DNA from: Parvularia atlantis
Taxonomy: Eukaryota
Reading direction: 5' to 3'
Length of the DNA: 64,000 nucleotides
NCBI GenBank assembly: GCA_943704415.1
Contig: CALSCO010000711.1
Coordinates: 1-64,000 of the forward strand
Below the pieces are notes generated by a model that saw only the letters and a list, made by a program, of their open reading frames with translations, was not told the DNA's origin and did no database searches. Positions 25,914 through 38,661 of this stretch are shown here, piece after piece (within the stretch, counting starts at the first letter, position 1; each line of letters opens with the position of its first letter). The position numbers were made by a program, and so were the translations under genes.

Positions 25914-28900
25914 TTACGCGTCCAGCGCGCTCGCAAACTGTGACAGCAGCCGGTCCAGGTCGCGCACTTCTTCCGTGCCGCGCCGGGGTCCACGCCGCAC
26001 CTTGAACACGGCCGTCGCCAGGCCCATCTGCCCTGCGGCCTCCGCAGCGTCGATCAGCGCCTGGTAGTACGCCTCGCGCTCCTCGGGCTTGACGTCTGGG
26101 CGGCCGAGCCGCGCAGCGCGGTCGCCGGCAAAGTCGCGCGGGAGCAGGCGCGCGCCGGCGCGAACAGCCGGGGCGGCGCGCACCGCCGGCGGCGACGTGG
26201 CGAGGCGTGCTGCTTGTGTTGATGCAGGTGCAGGTGTGCCGCGGGATGGCAGTGACGGCGCGGGCATGGTCTGCGCGCTCGTCGTCGTCGTGCGCGTCGG
26301 CAGCGAGGGCGGCGGGGTGGCTGCGGGCGTCCGCGACGGCAGCGACGGCGCTGCTGCTGGTGCGGGCTGCGAGCGCGATGGCAGCGAGGGCGGCGGCATG
26401 CTGGTCGTGGGCAAGCTGCTCGCGACGCGTGAGGGCAGCAGGGGTGGCGGCATGCTCGTCGTCGGCAAGCCGTTGCTGGCGCGCGAGGGCAGCGAGGGCG
26501 GCGCAGCGGCGACCGCTGACGGCGTGCTGGCAGCGGGCGTAGCGCGCGAGGGCGGCGACGGCGGGGGCGGCGTCGTCGAAATCGGCGGTGGCGTGCCGTT
26601 GGCCGTGCGTGAGGGCAGCGTGAGTGCCAGCGCTGCGGGCGGCTTGGCCAGCGACGGCAGCGACGGCGGCGGGATCGGCACCGACGGCGACGCGCCCGCG
26701 CGTACCGACAGAGACGAACCCGACCCGTTTGCGGGCCGGACGGCGCTGAGGTTGACCGAGGCAGCGCGAGCAAGCGCGGCAGCCGGGGCGAGCGGCGGCA
26801 GGGCCAGGCCTGGTCCTGTGCTCGCGCGCGTCGAGGGCTGCCGCGTCACGGACGGCAGCGTCGGCGGCGCAATGGCAGCGCGCTGCGCTGGCGGCGTGCT
26901 CGTCATCGCCGAAACGGGCGGCGGCGCGACTCGCGAGGTCGACCCGAGCTGTCGGCACCATGAACATGGCAGCGCGCTGCCAACAGGCGTGAGCGCACCG
27001 CGGGGGCGGGAGTGCTGCGCGCAGGCGGCGGCGCGGTCGCGGCCGAGGCCATGTGCGCGTCCACGTCCCACTCGCCCCACTCCGAGTCCTCGACCGGGGC
27101 CGGCGCACGGGCCGCCGTGAGCGTCGGCAGCGTGGGCGGCGGGATGGCGCGCGGTGCAGGCGCACTGACCGTGCTCGCGGACACGAGCGCACTGCCCTTG
27201 GACTGCACAGAAGAGCAAATGAGCGCGCCGCACAGTGCCGCTGTACTAGTGCGCGCACCTTGCTCTGCATGTCACGGATGGCCGCAAACGCGTCGTCGGC
27301 CATGTCGCCGTCGCTTGGCCGCGAGCGCAAGGACGCTGCGACGTTGAGGGTGGCTGCGCTGCCGTCGTTGTCGCGCGGGATGTAGCGGTTGCTCCAGGGG
27401 CGCGACGTGGCGAGCTCGCGCGCAAACTCGCCCGAGACGATGGGCGCGGGCAGCGGGGGCGGGTAGAAGCAGTACTCGCGCGCAAACCCACGGTTGGTGA
27501 TGCGCGAGCACGTTTCGTGCACGTTGATGCCGCAGTCTGTGTGACACGAGGTCAGTGCCGGGCGGGAGCTAGGCGGGGGCGCACGCACTCTCGCACTTGA
27601 AGCCAAGCTTGCCGCCCATCGTGCCGTCGCACACGTCGCAGGCCACGAGCATCGTGTGCGTGAACGAGCGGTACTTGTGCCCCACCATCGGCAGCGGTGA
27701 CGCGTCGCGGTAGCCAAAGCTGCGCGGCCCGGTCACGCACGGTCTGTAGCGAGCGCGGGCGCGCACGCACCGGTCGCCTAGGTACTTGAGGCACGTGAGC
27801 ACCTGCTGCTTTTTCTGCTCAAGCTCGTCCAACTCGGCCGTGCGCTGCGCGCCGATCAGTTGCTGTGCGCCGCCGTCAGTGGTGGTTCGCTGCACCACGG
27901 CCGTGCGCTGCGGCGCGTGCCTGCTTGTGCGCGATGGTGCCGAGGGCGGTGCGCAGGTTGGTGTGCGTGAACATGAAGTAGTAGAAGCTGTTGGATGTCG
28001 GCTCAAACTTGGCCGTGTTGATCGCGCGCATGGCACCCAGGTTGATCATTTCCTGCGCGCAGCAGCCGTCAACACAGTAAAGACGTGGCGGCGCAGTCAG
28101 CACCCGCGTGCCTGCACGACTGGGAACGCCTCTTGCACGCCGTCCATGCCCTCAACGTTGCCGACCAGGTACTCGGCTAGCGCGAGGCCCGATACGCACG
28201 GCTCGTACGTGTTGAAAACTGCGCGTGCACCCACGCACGCGTTTGGCCGGCTGCCCGTCCCACCGGCGCAGCCCTGCACGCCGCACCGTCCGAGCGCGAC
28301 CGCGACACCATATCCTCGGCGATGACCATCATGAGCTCGCAGAAGAAGATGTTGCCAAGCTTCATCTTGGACGTCTTGCTCCACGGCAGGTTGAACGCCT
28401 GGTACTGGTTCGGGTCGCGTGCGCGGGCCTGCGCGATGGAGCCGTGGTCAGCGACGAGGCACCGCCAATCTAAGCCAGTGTAACCTTGAGCTTGGCACCC
28501 TGCCAGCCCGAGTCGTTGTCGTTGCCGTCGGCCGAGAACAAAACGACGGCGCGTCCGCTGCCGAGCTGCTTGGACGCCTGCGCCGTGTCGACGTTGATCA
28601 TGGGCGCGGTCGACGTCGGCGACACGGCCGTGGCGGACGGGTCTGCCGCGGGCCGTGAGCAACGCGCCGCCGGTACGCGCGCCGACGCACCGGCCACGAA
28701 CGGCTCCGAGGACGAGCCCAGGAGCGAGCCCGCGAGCTTGGTCATGCTCTTGAGCGCGCTCTTCGACTTGGACTTCTTCTTCTTCTTCTTCTTCTTCTTG
28801 CTGCTCTTCCTACGGCGGGGCGTCAGCGCTGGTGATGCTCCCGCACGGCACGTAGCACGGTGTGCCGCACCTGCCCTGGCCGTCGTCGTCGTCGTCGCTG

Positions 28901-29591
28901 CTGTCGTCGCTCGAGTCGCTGCTGTCGTCGCTCTTGAGCTTCTTCATCTCGGTGTCTGCGCGCGCGCGATCATGGGCGATTGGCCGACGCGGCACGCGTG
29001 CACCAGTGCGCACGGAATTGCGGCTCAAAGATGTCGTCGTCCTGCTGGCGCGAGAGGATCTGCCGCACGAGCTTGTTGCGTGAGATGCGCTCGTCCATCG
29101 CCAGCAGCTCCTGCACGCCGGCGTTCGTCAGCCTGCCGGCCCGCGGGCACACGCGCCGCACGCGCCTTGAGGTACTGGTTGAACTGCGGGATGCGCTGCT
29201 GCGCGAGCTGCATCTTGCGCTGTCCGGGCAGCAGCAGCACCTGCGTGGCGCGTGCGGCGCGCGCTCGTGATCGCGGCCCACGCGGTCCCGGGCAGCGCGT
29301 GACGCACTTTGCCAGGCATATACGGGATCGTCCTGCACCGCCGCCGCCGCTCCGTCAGCACACAGGCGTCTCGCCCACCCGCCGGCAGCGCGCGCACCGT
29401 GGCTGGCCCGCCTCGCCGGCCTCGACCGGGAAGAGTTTCATGAGGTTCATGTGCGTCGTGAAGAACTCGTTGTAGCGGCGGTAGACGCGGTGCTGCTGCT
29501 CGTCCATCGTCACCTCGATCTCGTACACGACCGGCCGCTCGCCGTCCTTGTCGCACTTGGCGCAGCGCACAAACGTCGCGCGCCACGCCAT
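25914..29591 (-). CDS. PX + DEP-like + C1 + proline-rich protein
   Basis: PX: VYRRYNEFFTTHMNLMKLFPVEAG..RTIPYMPGK. DEP-like: FNTYEPCVSGLALAEYLV..EAFPVVQEMINLGAMRAI..FEPTSNSFYYF. C1: HKYRSFTHTMLVACDVCDG..GFKCENCGINVHETC. Repeated PPSLPSR. Confidence 0.8.
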
Positions 29592-29646
29592 CGGGTGACG
29601 ACGCGCTGCGCGGGTTCGCTGTCAGAGTAGTTTGTACAAGTGTGCC

Positions 29647-31830
29647 TTAGTGAGCGCTGGACAATGTCTTCTCGATGTCGGCGAAAAGCGCGTTGTCGTC
29701 GTCGCTGTCGTCGTCGCTGTCGTCGCGCGCGCGCTGCCGGGCGGGCCCTGCCGCCGTTGCGGGGGCCACAGGCGACGACGACGATGACGACGACGACGAC
29801 GACGACAACGATGACGACGAGCCGGACGAGCTAGGCGAGCGCTTGCGCTTCGGCCTGTCTTGGTTGCTCGGCGAGGTGTCATCGTCGTCGTCGTCGCTGG
29901 GGCTGCTGCTGGAGCTGCCGGCGAGCGCAGCAGCCTCGCGGTCGAGGTCGTCCATCGCCGAGACGTCGCCGGCCGCCGCGCCACCGCCGCCACCTCTGCT
30001 GCCGTTGTCGTCGTCCATTAGCAGCTGCAGGTTCTCCTGCTTACGCGCTTCAGCCGGACGCATGCAGCCCCGCGAGGCGTCGCACCAGGTCCTTCTCGTG
30101 CTCGCACCGGCGCTGCGCGTTGTCGACCTTGACGCCTGCGGGCGTGTACTGCTCCTCGGGCTGGCGCGCCCAGCGCTGCACAGACTCGAGCACCCTGCAG
30201 CCGCGGTCGCAGTCGCGGTCACGCCGCAGGCGCGTCGGCCAGCGCGCGTGCGCACCACGCTGGCGTCACGATGCACACGCTCGGCAGCGCCACAGCGCGC
30301 TTGACCTTGTCGGTGAGGCCGCTGGAGCTGTTGCGCTGCAGACGCGTGAGCCTGCACTGCGCAGTTCCTTGGCGATCGGGCCGCACCACATGCACGACCA
30401 GGTGCGTCGTGTCGTCCGTGATCTGGTCGTCACACTCGGCGCCAAAGTGGGTAGCGAGCTTCTGCGGGCGTTTCGCAAGGCGTGAGCATTCAAGCACCCC
30501 GAACCAAGCCGGCGCACCGCGATGTGCGACGCCAGCAGCGGCATGCCCGTCGGCACCACACCGCTGAACGCGAGCGACACGTTGCGCAGCACCTCGCGCT
30601 TGAGCACAACAAGCAGCGTCTGCGTGGCGCAGCGTCAGCACGGCCACAAGACGTGCACGGTCAGTGCGAGCCTTCGTGTCGGCCTGGGCCGGCCGCCCGG
30701 CGTCCAGCGAGGCGTAGTAGCGCTCGTGGAGCGTCACCAGGGCCTGCTCAACGCGCGTCAGTGCACGGTCGCGCACCCCGAGCACGCGCACCGTCTCAAG
30801 GTACCGCAGCTCGTCGTCGGTGTCGTTCGTCTTGGGCACAACGCGCCCGGGCTGCACGACCTGCACGCGCATGTCGATCGACGGCGTCGAGACGGCGTCG
30901 TCGTCGTCGGCGGGCGCGGGCGCGTTGATGTCACCCGCGCCAACGAAGAACTCGTACGGCGAGATGGCGATGAGGTTGCTGGACCAGTTCCAGACCTCAG
31001 CTCGGTCGTCAATCACGACGACCATCGAGTCGTCGGCGGGGAAGAGGCGCTTGAGCGACTTGACGCTGGCGTCTGCGCGCAGTGCGGCGCATGGCGTCAG
31101 CCGGCCGGACGGTGCCGTGCGAGCGCGCACCGGGCGTTTCGTCGCGCGAGAGCACGCGGTTGGCAAAGAGTGAGCCGTCGGGGTCAAGGATGCGCGCGAT
31201 CGCGTCGGCGTAGTGCCGCGAGCCGAGCGTGTAGATGTGCAGCTCGTACAGGCGGCTGACGGCGGCCAGGAACGCGCGCGCGTGCGGGCGCAGGCGGACG
31301 TAGTGCACGACGCTCGGCGCGGGCAGGTGCACGCGATAGACGTCCTTGGCCGCCTCGTCCGCGCCCAGCCACTGGTCGACACCCGGGTCGACGCAGGCGT
31401 GCACGAGCGTCTGGTCGAGGTCGCAGACGAGCGCGAGCTTGCGCGCGGCCAGGAGGTGGGCGCGCTGCTGCTGCTGGAACCGCGCGGCCTCGGTCTGCGA
31501 CACGCGCAGCGACGTGGTCGTGTGCAGCACGGAGACGGCACTGCGCCGGGCCGCGGCGCGTGTTCAGCGAGCGGCCCGCGCGTGTGCCGCGCGCGCGCAC
31601 TTGTCGACCTCGACGACCTTGCCGCAGAGCGCACAGAGCGTGCCGTAGACGACGCTGTGCTCGCAGTCGGCCTGGCGGCGGCGCAGCTCCTCGGCGGCAT
31701 CACCCGCCACGCCCGCCGCCGCGGCCGTCCTGGGCCGCATCACTACGCGCCGCTGGGGCTGCCGCCGCCGCCGCGTGAGCAGCGAGCGTGAGACGCGGGC
31801 CGTGGTCGATGAGGCACGCACCGCCGCCAT
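29647..31830 (-). CDS. CTDP1: RNA Pol II CTD phosphatase FCP1 (FCPH + BRCT)
   Basis: CEHSVVYGTLCALCG, LALVCDLDQTLVH, YVRLRP, YELHIYTLGSRHYA, LKRLFP..MVVVIDDRAEVW, BRCT FSGVVP/THLVV/VTPAW. Confidence 0.94.
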
Positions 31831-32464
31831 TGCCGGGTGGAAGCGGGATGCGAAGTGCGAGTCGCACGCACCGTGCAGCGCCCCGGACGGCCGATGCCGC
31901 CGCACAGCCGAGTGCAGATCTGTGCAGGACGCGGTGGATTGCACCGGAATGGGTGGCTGGATGAAGTCGAGTGGGACGGGTGGGGCGCGGATGGCCCGCG
32001 CAAGGTCGACCTGCGGATGGCGCCGCTCGAGGGGCACGCATTCGCGGAGCTCCGCACGCACTTTCGGCGACCGCGCGCGTTCCGGCGTGGGCTGTGGCGC
32101 GAACGCGCGGGCGCGTGAGCACGGGCACGGGCTGGCTGGCACGCAGCAGTCGCGCGGGGCGTGTGTGCGGTGGGGCCTGCGTGGTGGGCCGGCCGACAGC
32201 GCGCACGTGCCCGTGCCGGTTGTCCTGTGCGCGTGGCTCGCGGCTCGCGTCGGGGGCGGCTCGCGTCCGGGGCGGCACACGCGGTAGTGCACCTGCGCGC
32301 GCGCTCGTCGGCTAGGCGTGTGTGTGCGGGCGCGGCGTGGCCGTGCTGGCGGGGGCGCGGCGGGCGAGGCAGGAGGGCGCGCGCGTGCACACGTGTACCC
32401 CCCTCAGCCTGACGTGTGCGCGCACGTTCGTCAGCCGCTCCCCCGCCTTCGCGCCGCGCAAAAC

Positions 32465-33409
<945 letters not shown>

Positions 33410-33643
33410 GCAGTGGGGCGGTGGCCGGCGCGTGCTCGCGGCACCGTGTGCGCGGCGCCGTGCGCGCGGCTCCCGCATTCTGTCCACCCCCCCTTTGTGC
33501 GGTTGGTTCCCCTCGGTGTTCACCTGTACCGTGTGCGTGTCCTTTGAATGGCAAATAGCGTGCCCACACTTTCCTGTGCTTCCTTCACAGGGGCACGCGC
33601 GCACGCACGCCGCGACGCACGCCGCGACGCACGCCGCACGCAA

Positions 33644-34242
33644 ATGGAGGGCTACGACGGGTGGCACGACGAGGACGACCCGACCGCGCCCGAGGTCGAG
33701 GCCCTGCCACGGCGCGCCCCCAGCACCGCGCGCAAGTCGCTCATCGTCTTCGACGACGACCACGACAAACACGCCGCGGCCGCGGCCGCGCTCGGCGGCG
33801 CGCCCCAGTCGCGCATCTTCCCAGGCCAGCCGATCGCGCCGCCGCGCGCCACGCGCAACTTGGAGAACCTAAAGGAGCCCGTGTACCGCGCCGAGAGCCG
33901 GTGGCCGTACGCGCTCGTGGCGCTGCTGGTGCTGCTGGGCGCGTTTGCGATGTTTGTGATCGGCATTGTCTGCGTGCGCGACTTCTACACGGCCGAGACG
34001 GGTGGGCCGAACGAGCCGGCGCTGGGCGTGCAGCTGTGCGGGCCGGCAGGCGGTGCGCTCCGTCAGTGCGTCGGTTGCGGTACTTCGGGGGCCGCTGACC
34101 GCGCGCCGCAGGGAGCGGCGGCATCGTCATGATCATCGCCGGCTGCTTCGCCATGATCGCCGCCGGCTACCAGCTCTGGCGCCTGCGCGAGCCCGTGCTC
34201 AAGCTGGCCGGGTACAAGCCGGCGGGGCCGCAGGCCGTGTAA
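33644..34242 (+). CDS. Small two-TM protein, possibly TMEM134/TMEM230-like
   Basis: Acidic N-terminus; TM1 WPYALVALLVLLGAFAMFVIGIV; one intron; TM2 GIVMIIAGCFAMIAAGYQLW. The family call is weak. Confidence 0.65.
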
Positions 34243-34335
34243 CGCCCGGCGGGCCCGGGCTCGTGTCTGTTTGTGTGCGTCTGCGCAGACGTTCAGTTCT
34301 CTTTGAGTTTGTTTGCCGTGTCGCCGCGGACGGTG

Positions 34336-34532
34336 GCCTGTCTGGCCGGTTATTGAGACTGTGCTTCGCGCGCGGCCCACGAAGGGGCGATCGCATCCGC
34401 CGCCTCACCCAACCGGCCAGTGGTGCTCTGCTCTGCCTCCCAGCGGACGGCTCCCCGAGTCCTCGGACGGCCGGCGCAGCGTGGCGTCGCCCGCCCCGTC
34501 GGCGAGGAGTGCTTTTGAGCGGGAGGGCGGTT
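34336..34532 (-). ncRNA. Candidate box H/ACA RNA
   Basis: Minus strand: hairpin, AGAGCA (34434-34429), hairpin closed by CTGGCCGGTT/AACCGGCCAG, then ACA (34341-34339). G-U pairs work only on the minus strand. Confidence 0.45.
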
Positions 34533-34707
34533 ATTTGTGTTGTGAACCTTGAGGGCAGCATCGGCCGCATGCGCGACGCGGCGGCACATCGTGGGCTCGC
34601 GCTTATGGGTGGGGGGCACACATTCCCATCATGGCGACCGTGTGCTGCACCCGCCGCGCCCGCTGTGCTCACGCTGCGCCGCGCCCGCCCCGTCCGCGCG
34701 CAGAGCC

Positions 34708-37700
34708 ATGGTCGCCGTGCGGCGCGACGGTGGCGGCTACGCCAAGTCGGGTGCGGTCGACCTCAAGCACTACGAGGCCAAGGAGACGGCCGACCAGTTC
34801 GAGGGGATCCTCGGCGCGCTGCAGCGGCACCAGCCCGAGCTCGTCGAGGGCGACAAGGTGCGCCGGCGGCCCCCGCGCGCGCGCACGTCTGGCTCACGCC
34901 TCCGACGCCGCAGAGGGTCACCACGCGCGACCTCGCGCTGTGGACGGCGCAGCTGCAGCAGTTCCAGGAGGACGCACTCGGCACGGCCGTGCCGTCGCCG
35001 CCGATGATGCGCCTGCCGGCCAAGCTGTTCCGCGACCTGAGCGACAAGGGCGCGCTCGCGCTCATCCTGCGCAAGGCGCTTGAGTACAAGCACACCCATG
35101 ACTGGCGCCGGTTCGACTTCCAGAGCCCGTCCAAGCGCGCCAACAACATCGAGCTGCTCCTGTTCATCGAGGACGCGCTCGTGCGCAGCGGCCACCTCAA
35201 GCGGCCGCGCATCCACCTGCACCAGAGCATCGAGCCGGCCGACCGTGCGCGCCTGGAGCAGGTGCGCGTGCGCGTCCGCGCGCTGATCGCCCGCCGTCGT
35301 ACTGATCGCCCTGCGCCGCGCAGCTGATCGTCGCCGCCCGGGCCACCGAGCACCCGACGCCGCAGGGCGCCACGCACGTGCTCTACCCGAACCCAAAGGA
35401 CGCCTCGTTCGAGGACCAGGACTACTTCCGCACGCTCGAGCGCCGCGACCGCCGCGTGCTCGTGCACTGGTGGTACTACCCCGACAGCTACGACAGCTGG
35501 ATCCCCGACTCGGAGCTGAGCAGCGACCCGGAGAGCGTGCCCGAGCACCGCGGCGCGTGGCACCTGATCGTGCGCTGGCTCGAGGACTCGGCGCGCTTCC
35601 ACGAATGGATGAACGAGGAGGACTATGACCCGCAGGACCACGAGGTCGACATCAACGCCCTTCGCTCGTCCTCGCCCCTCACGCCGACGGCGCGCCTCTC
35701 GGCTCGCGCCAAGAAACGCAAGGAGCTCGACACGGGCGCCGCCGCCGCGGCCGACGACGGGCCCGGCAGCCCCGCCGACGCCCACGACGACGCTGCACCC
35801 GCCCCGCAGTCCAGCAAGCGCGTCAAGCGCGAGCACCGCGAGGACGTCGACGTGGGCGGGCCGGGCGCATCCGTCGCCGTGCCCACGCTCACACCGGCCA
35901 ACAGCCGCGCGGGCGCGCCGGTGACCGTGCGCGAGGCCGACCTCGAGCGCGAGGCCGAGAAGGTCGAGCGCGAGAAGCGGCCGGGCAAGCCCCGCCTGAA
36001 CGAGTACGAGCCCGTCCAGACCGGCACGCTCGCCAACATCTCCCAGGGCACGGCCCACCAAGGCCCGCCGACGGCCGCGGCCGCCGCGGCATTTGTGCCG
36101 CAGCGCGCGATGCTCGAGGGCGCCTTTGACCAGCCGGCGGCGCGCACCGGCAGCGGCGGCGGCGACGACGACGGCAGCGGTGCCGCGGGCGACAAGGACC
36201 GCGGAACGGACGAGCAGCAGCGCGAGACCGAGATGTTCCTCGCGCAGCAGAAGGAGCCGGTCGTCATCCCGTCGTACTCGGCTTGGTTCTCGCTCGGCGA
36301 CATCCACGAGGTGCGCCGCTCCCGCCCGCGCCTCTCGTCGCGACACTGACGCACGCACGTGTGCGCACGCAGATCGAGATCAAGGCCCTGCCCGAGTTCT
36401 TCAACGGTAAGAACCGCAGCAAGACGCGCAGCGTGTACAAGGACTACCGCGACTTCATGGTTAACACGTATCGGCTCAACCCGCAGGTGCGGTGCCGTGC
36501 GCGCGCGCGTGTGGCCGCGGGCGTGCTGAGTGTGACGATGTGTGTGCGCGCGCAGGAGTACCTTACCGTGACCGCGTGCCGCCGCAACCTCGCCGGCGAT
36601 GTCTGCGCGATCGTCAGGGTGCACGCGTTCCTGGAGCAGTGGGGCCTGATCAACTACCAGGTGCGGCGCGCTGCCCCAACGGATGGCGGGGTCAGCACGC
36701 TCAGACGGCCGCACGCCCGCGCAGGTCCAGCCCGAATCGCGCCCGTCGACCATCGGCCCGTCGTACACGGCGCACTTTGAGGTCACGGCCGACACGCCCG
36801 CCGGTGCGCGATCGGGGCGACGTACGACGGGCCCGTGGTCACACGCCCCGCTCTCGCAGGCGCACGGCTGTACAGGCCGCCGCCCGTCGCCGTTGTGCCA
36901 GCCGTGCCGTACCCGATGCCGACCGACGCCAAGCTCGCCTCGGTCGGCGCGGCGCCCGCGGCCGCCGGGCAAGCGCACATGCTGGTTAAGGCCGAGTCTG
37001 CGGCGAGTGCGCACGGGGTCAACCTCGCGACGCGGCGCAACATCTTTGACGACGACGGTGCGCGCCCGCGCCGTGCAGCCCCATGGCGACTGACCGGCGC
37101 GTGCACGTGCACAGGCAGAGCCGCGGCCGCGGGTGCGCCCGCAGACGCAGCCAAGAGCGCCGCTAGGTACAACTGCTGGACGTGCGGCACGCGTATCGTC
37201 GGGTTCCGGTACCACGCCGGCGGCGGCACGGGGCCGTTGCGGAAGGACATGGACCTGTGCATCAACTGCTTCCTCGAAGGCCGGTGCGTGCTAGGCGCTG
37301 CGCGGCATGGGGCGCGCGCGTGACTGCGGCACCTCTGTGCAGCTTCCCGGAGACGATGAGCTCGGCGGACTTTGTCAAGCTCGACACGGCGCCGTACAAG
37401 CACGACAAGACCGAACAGTGGACCGACCAGGAGACGGTGCTGCTGCTTCTGCGCGTGATGCGGCCGTTGGCTGAGCGGCTGCGCGTGCACAGCTGCTGCT
37501 GCTCGAGGGCATTGAGATGTACAAGGAGGACTGGAGCCGCATCGCCGACCACGTCAAGACGCGCACGGCCGAGCAGTGCGTCCTGCACTTCCTGCAGCTG
37601 CCGATCGAGGACCCGTACATGGACGCGCTGCCGACGGTCGCGGCGGACGGCGCCCTGGGCGCGCAGATGCCCTTTGCTCGCAGCGACAACCCGGTGCGCG

Positions 37701-38538
37701 GCTGCATCTGCGCCACGCACGCGCTGACGGCGTTGGCCAGGTCATGTCGGTTGTCGCGTTCCTCGCGGCCACCGTCAGCCCGAACGTCGCCGCTGCGGCC
37801 GCCCAGGCTGCACTGCGGCAGCTCACCGCCGGCAGGACGGAGGCCAAGCGCGCGGCGGGCGACGGTGCTGCCACGATGGACGTGGACGTGGGCAGCTCGT
37901 CGAACGACTTGACGGTGCGCTGCGTGGCCCTGCTGCCCGCCTGCGCCGTTTGCTGATGCGGCAGCGACGACGGTGCAGAACGCCGAGGTGATGGAGGTTG
38001 CAGCTGGCGCGGCACTGGGTTCGGCTGCAGCGCGCGCGACTCTGCTCGCGGCGAACGAGGAGCGGCGCATCCAGCTGGAGGTGCGCGCCGTTGCGCGGCT
38101 GAGCGGCGAGCTGACCGGTACGGCGGACCGCAGGTGTCACACATTGTCGAGCTGCAGCTGCGCAAGATCGAGCTGAAGCTGAACCACCTCGAGAGCCTCG
38201 AGGGCATGCTCGAGAGGCGCGCGCGCGCGACAGTCCCGGCCGCCCACGCACGCTCACACGCCCGCACACGCTCGCAGGGAGCTGACGAGGGTCGAGAACG
38301 ACCGCAAGGAGATCGCGGTCGAACGCCTCAACAACCAGCGCATCCTCGAAAGCCTTCAGGTGGCGTGTGCGGGGCGCGTGCGTGCGCTGTGCGCTGCTGA
38401 CGCCGGCACCACCAGCACCAGCTGCAGCAAGCGACGCTGCCAGAGTCGGTGGCAGTGATGCCGCAACACTCGATCGCCCCCTCGGCGCTCACGGGCTTGC
38501 GTCCGAGCGACACGCACCCGGTGTACCACCCTTTGTGA
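34708..38538 (+). CDS. SMARCC: SWI/SNF core subunit SMARCC/SWI3 (N-terminal module, SWIRM, ZZ, SANT, coiled coil)
   Basis: [119 protein letters not shown]. Confidence 0.95.
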
Positions 38539-38661
38539 GCCCCATGTCTGTGCAGGCGCCAGAAGAGTGTGCTGAGGCATTTGACTTTGGAGACACTGAG
38601 ACACAGCCTCGGAGATGCGATGACGCAAGTCGATCGACGGCGCGGGTCGGGGCTGGCACGC

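Noticed and set aside
31837..32118. 93-aa ORF between FCP1 and Rab11
   Set aside because: Non-ATG start, no introns or motifs; probably divergent promoter/UTR.
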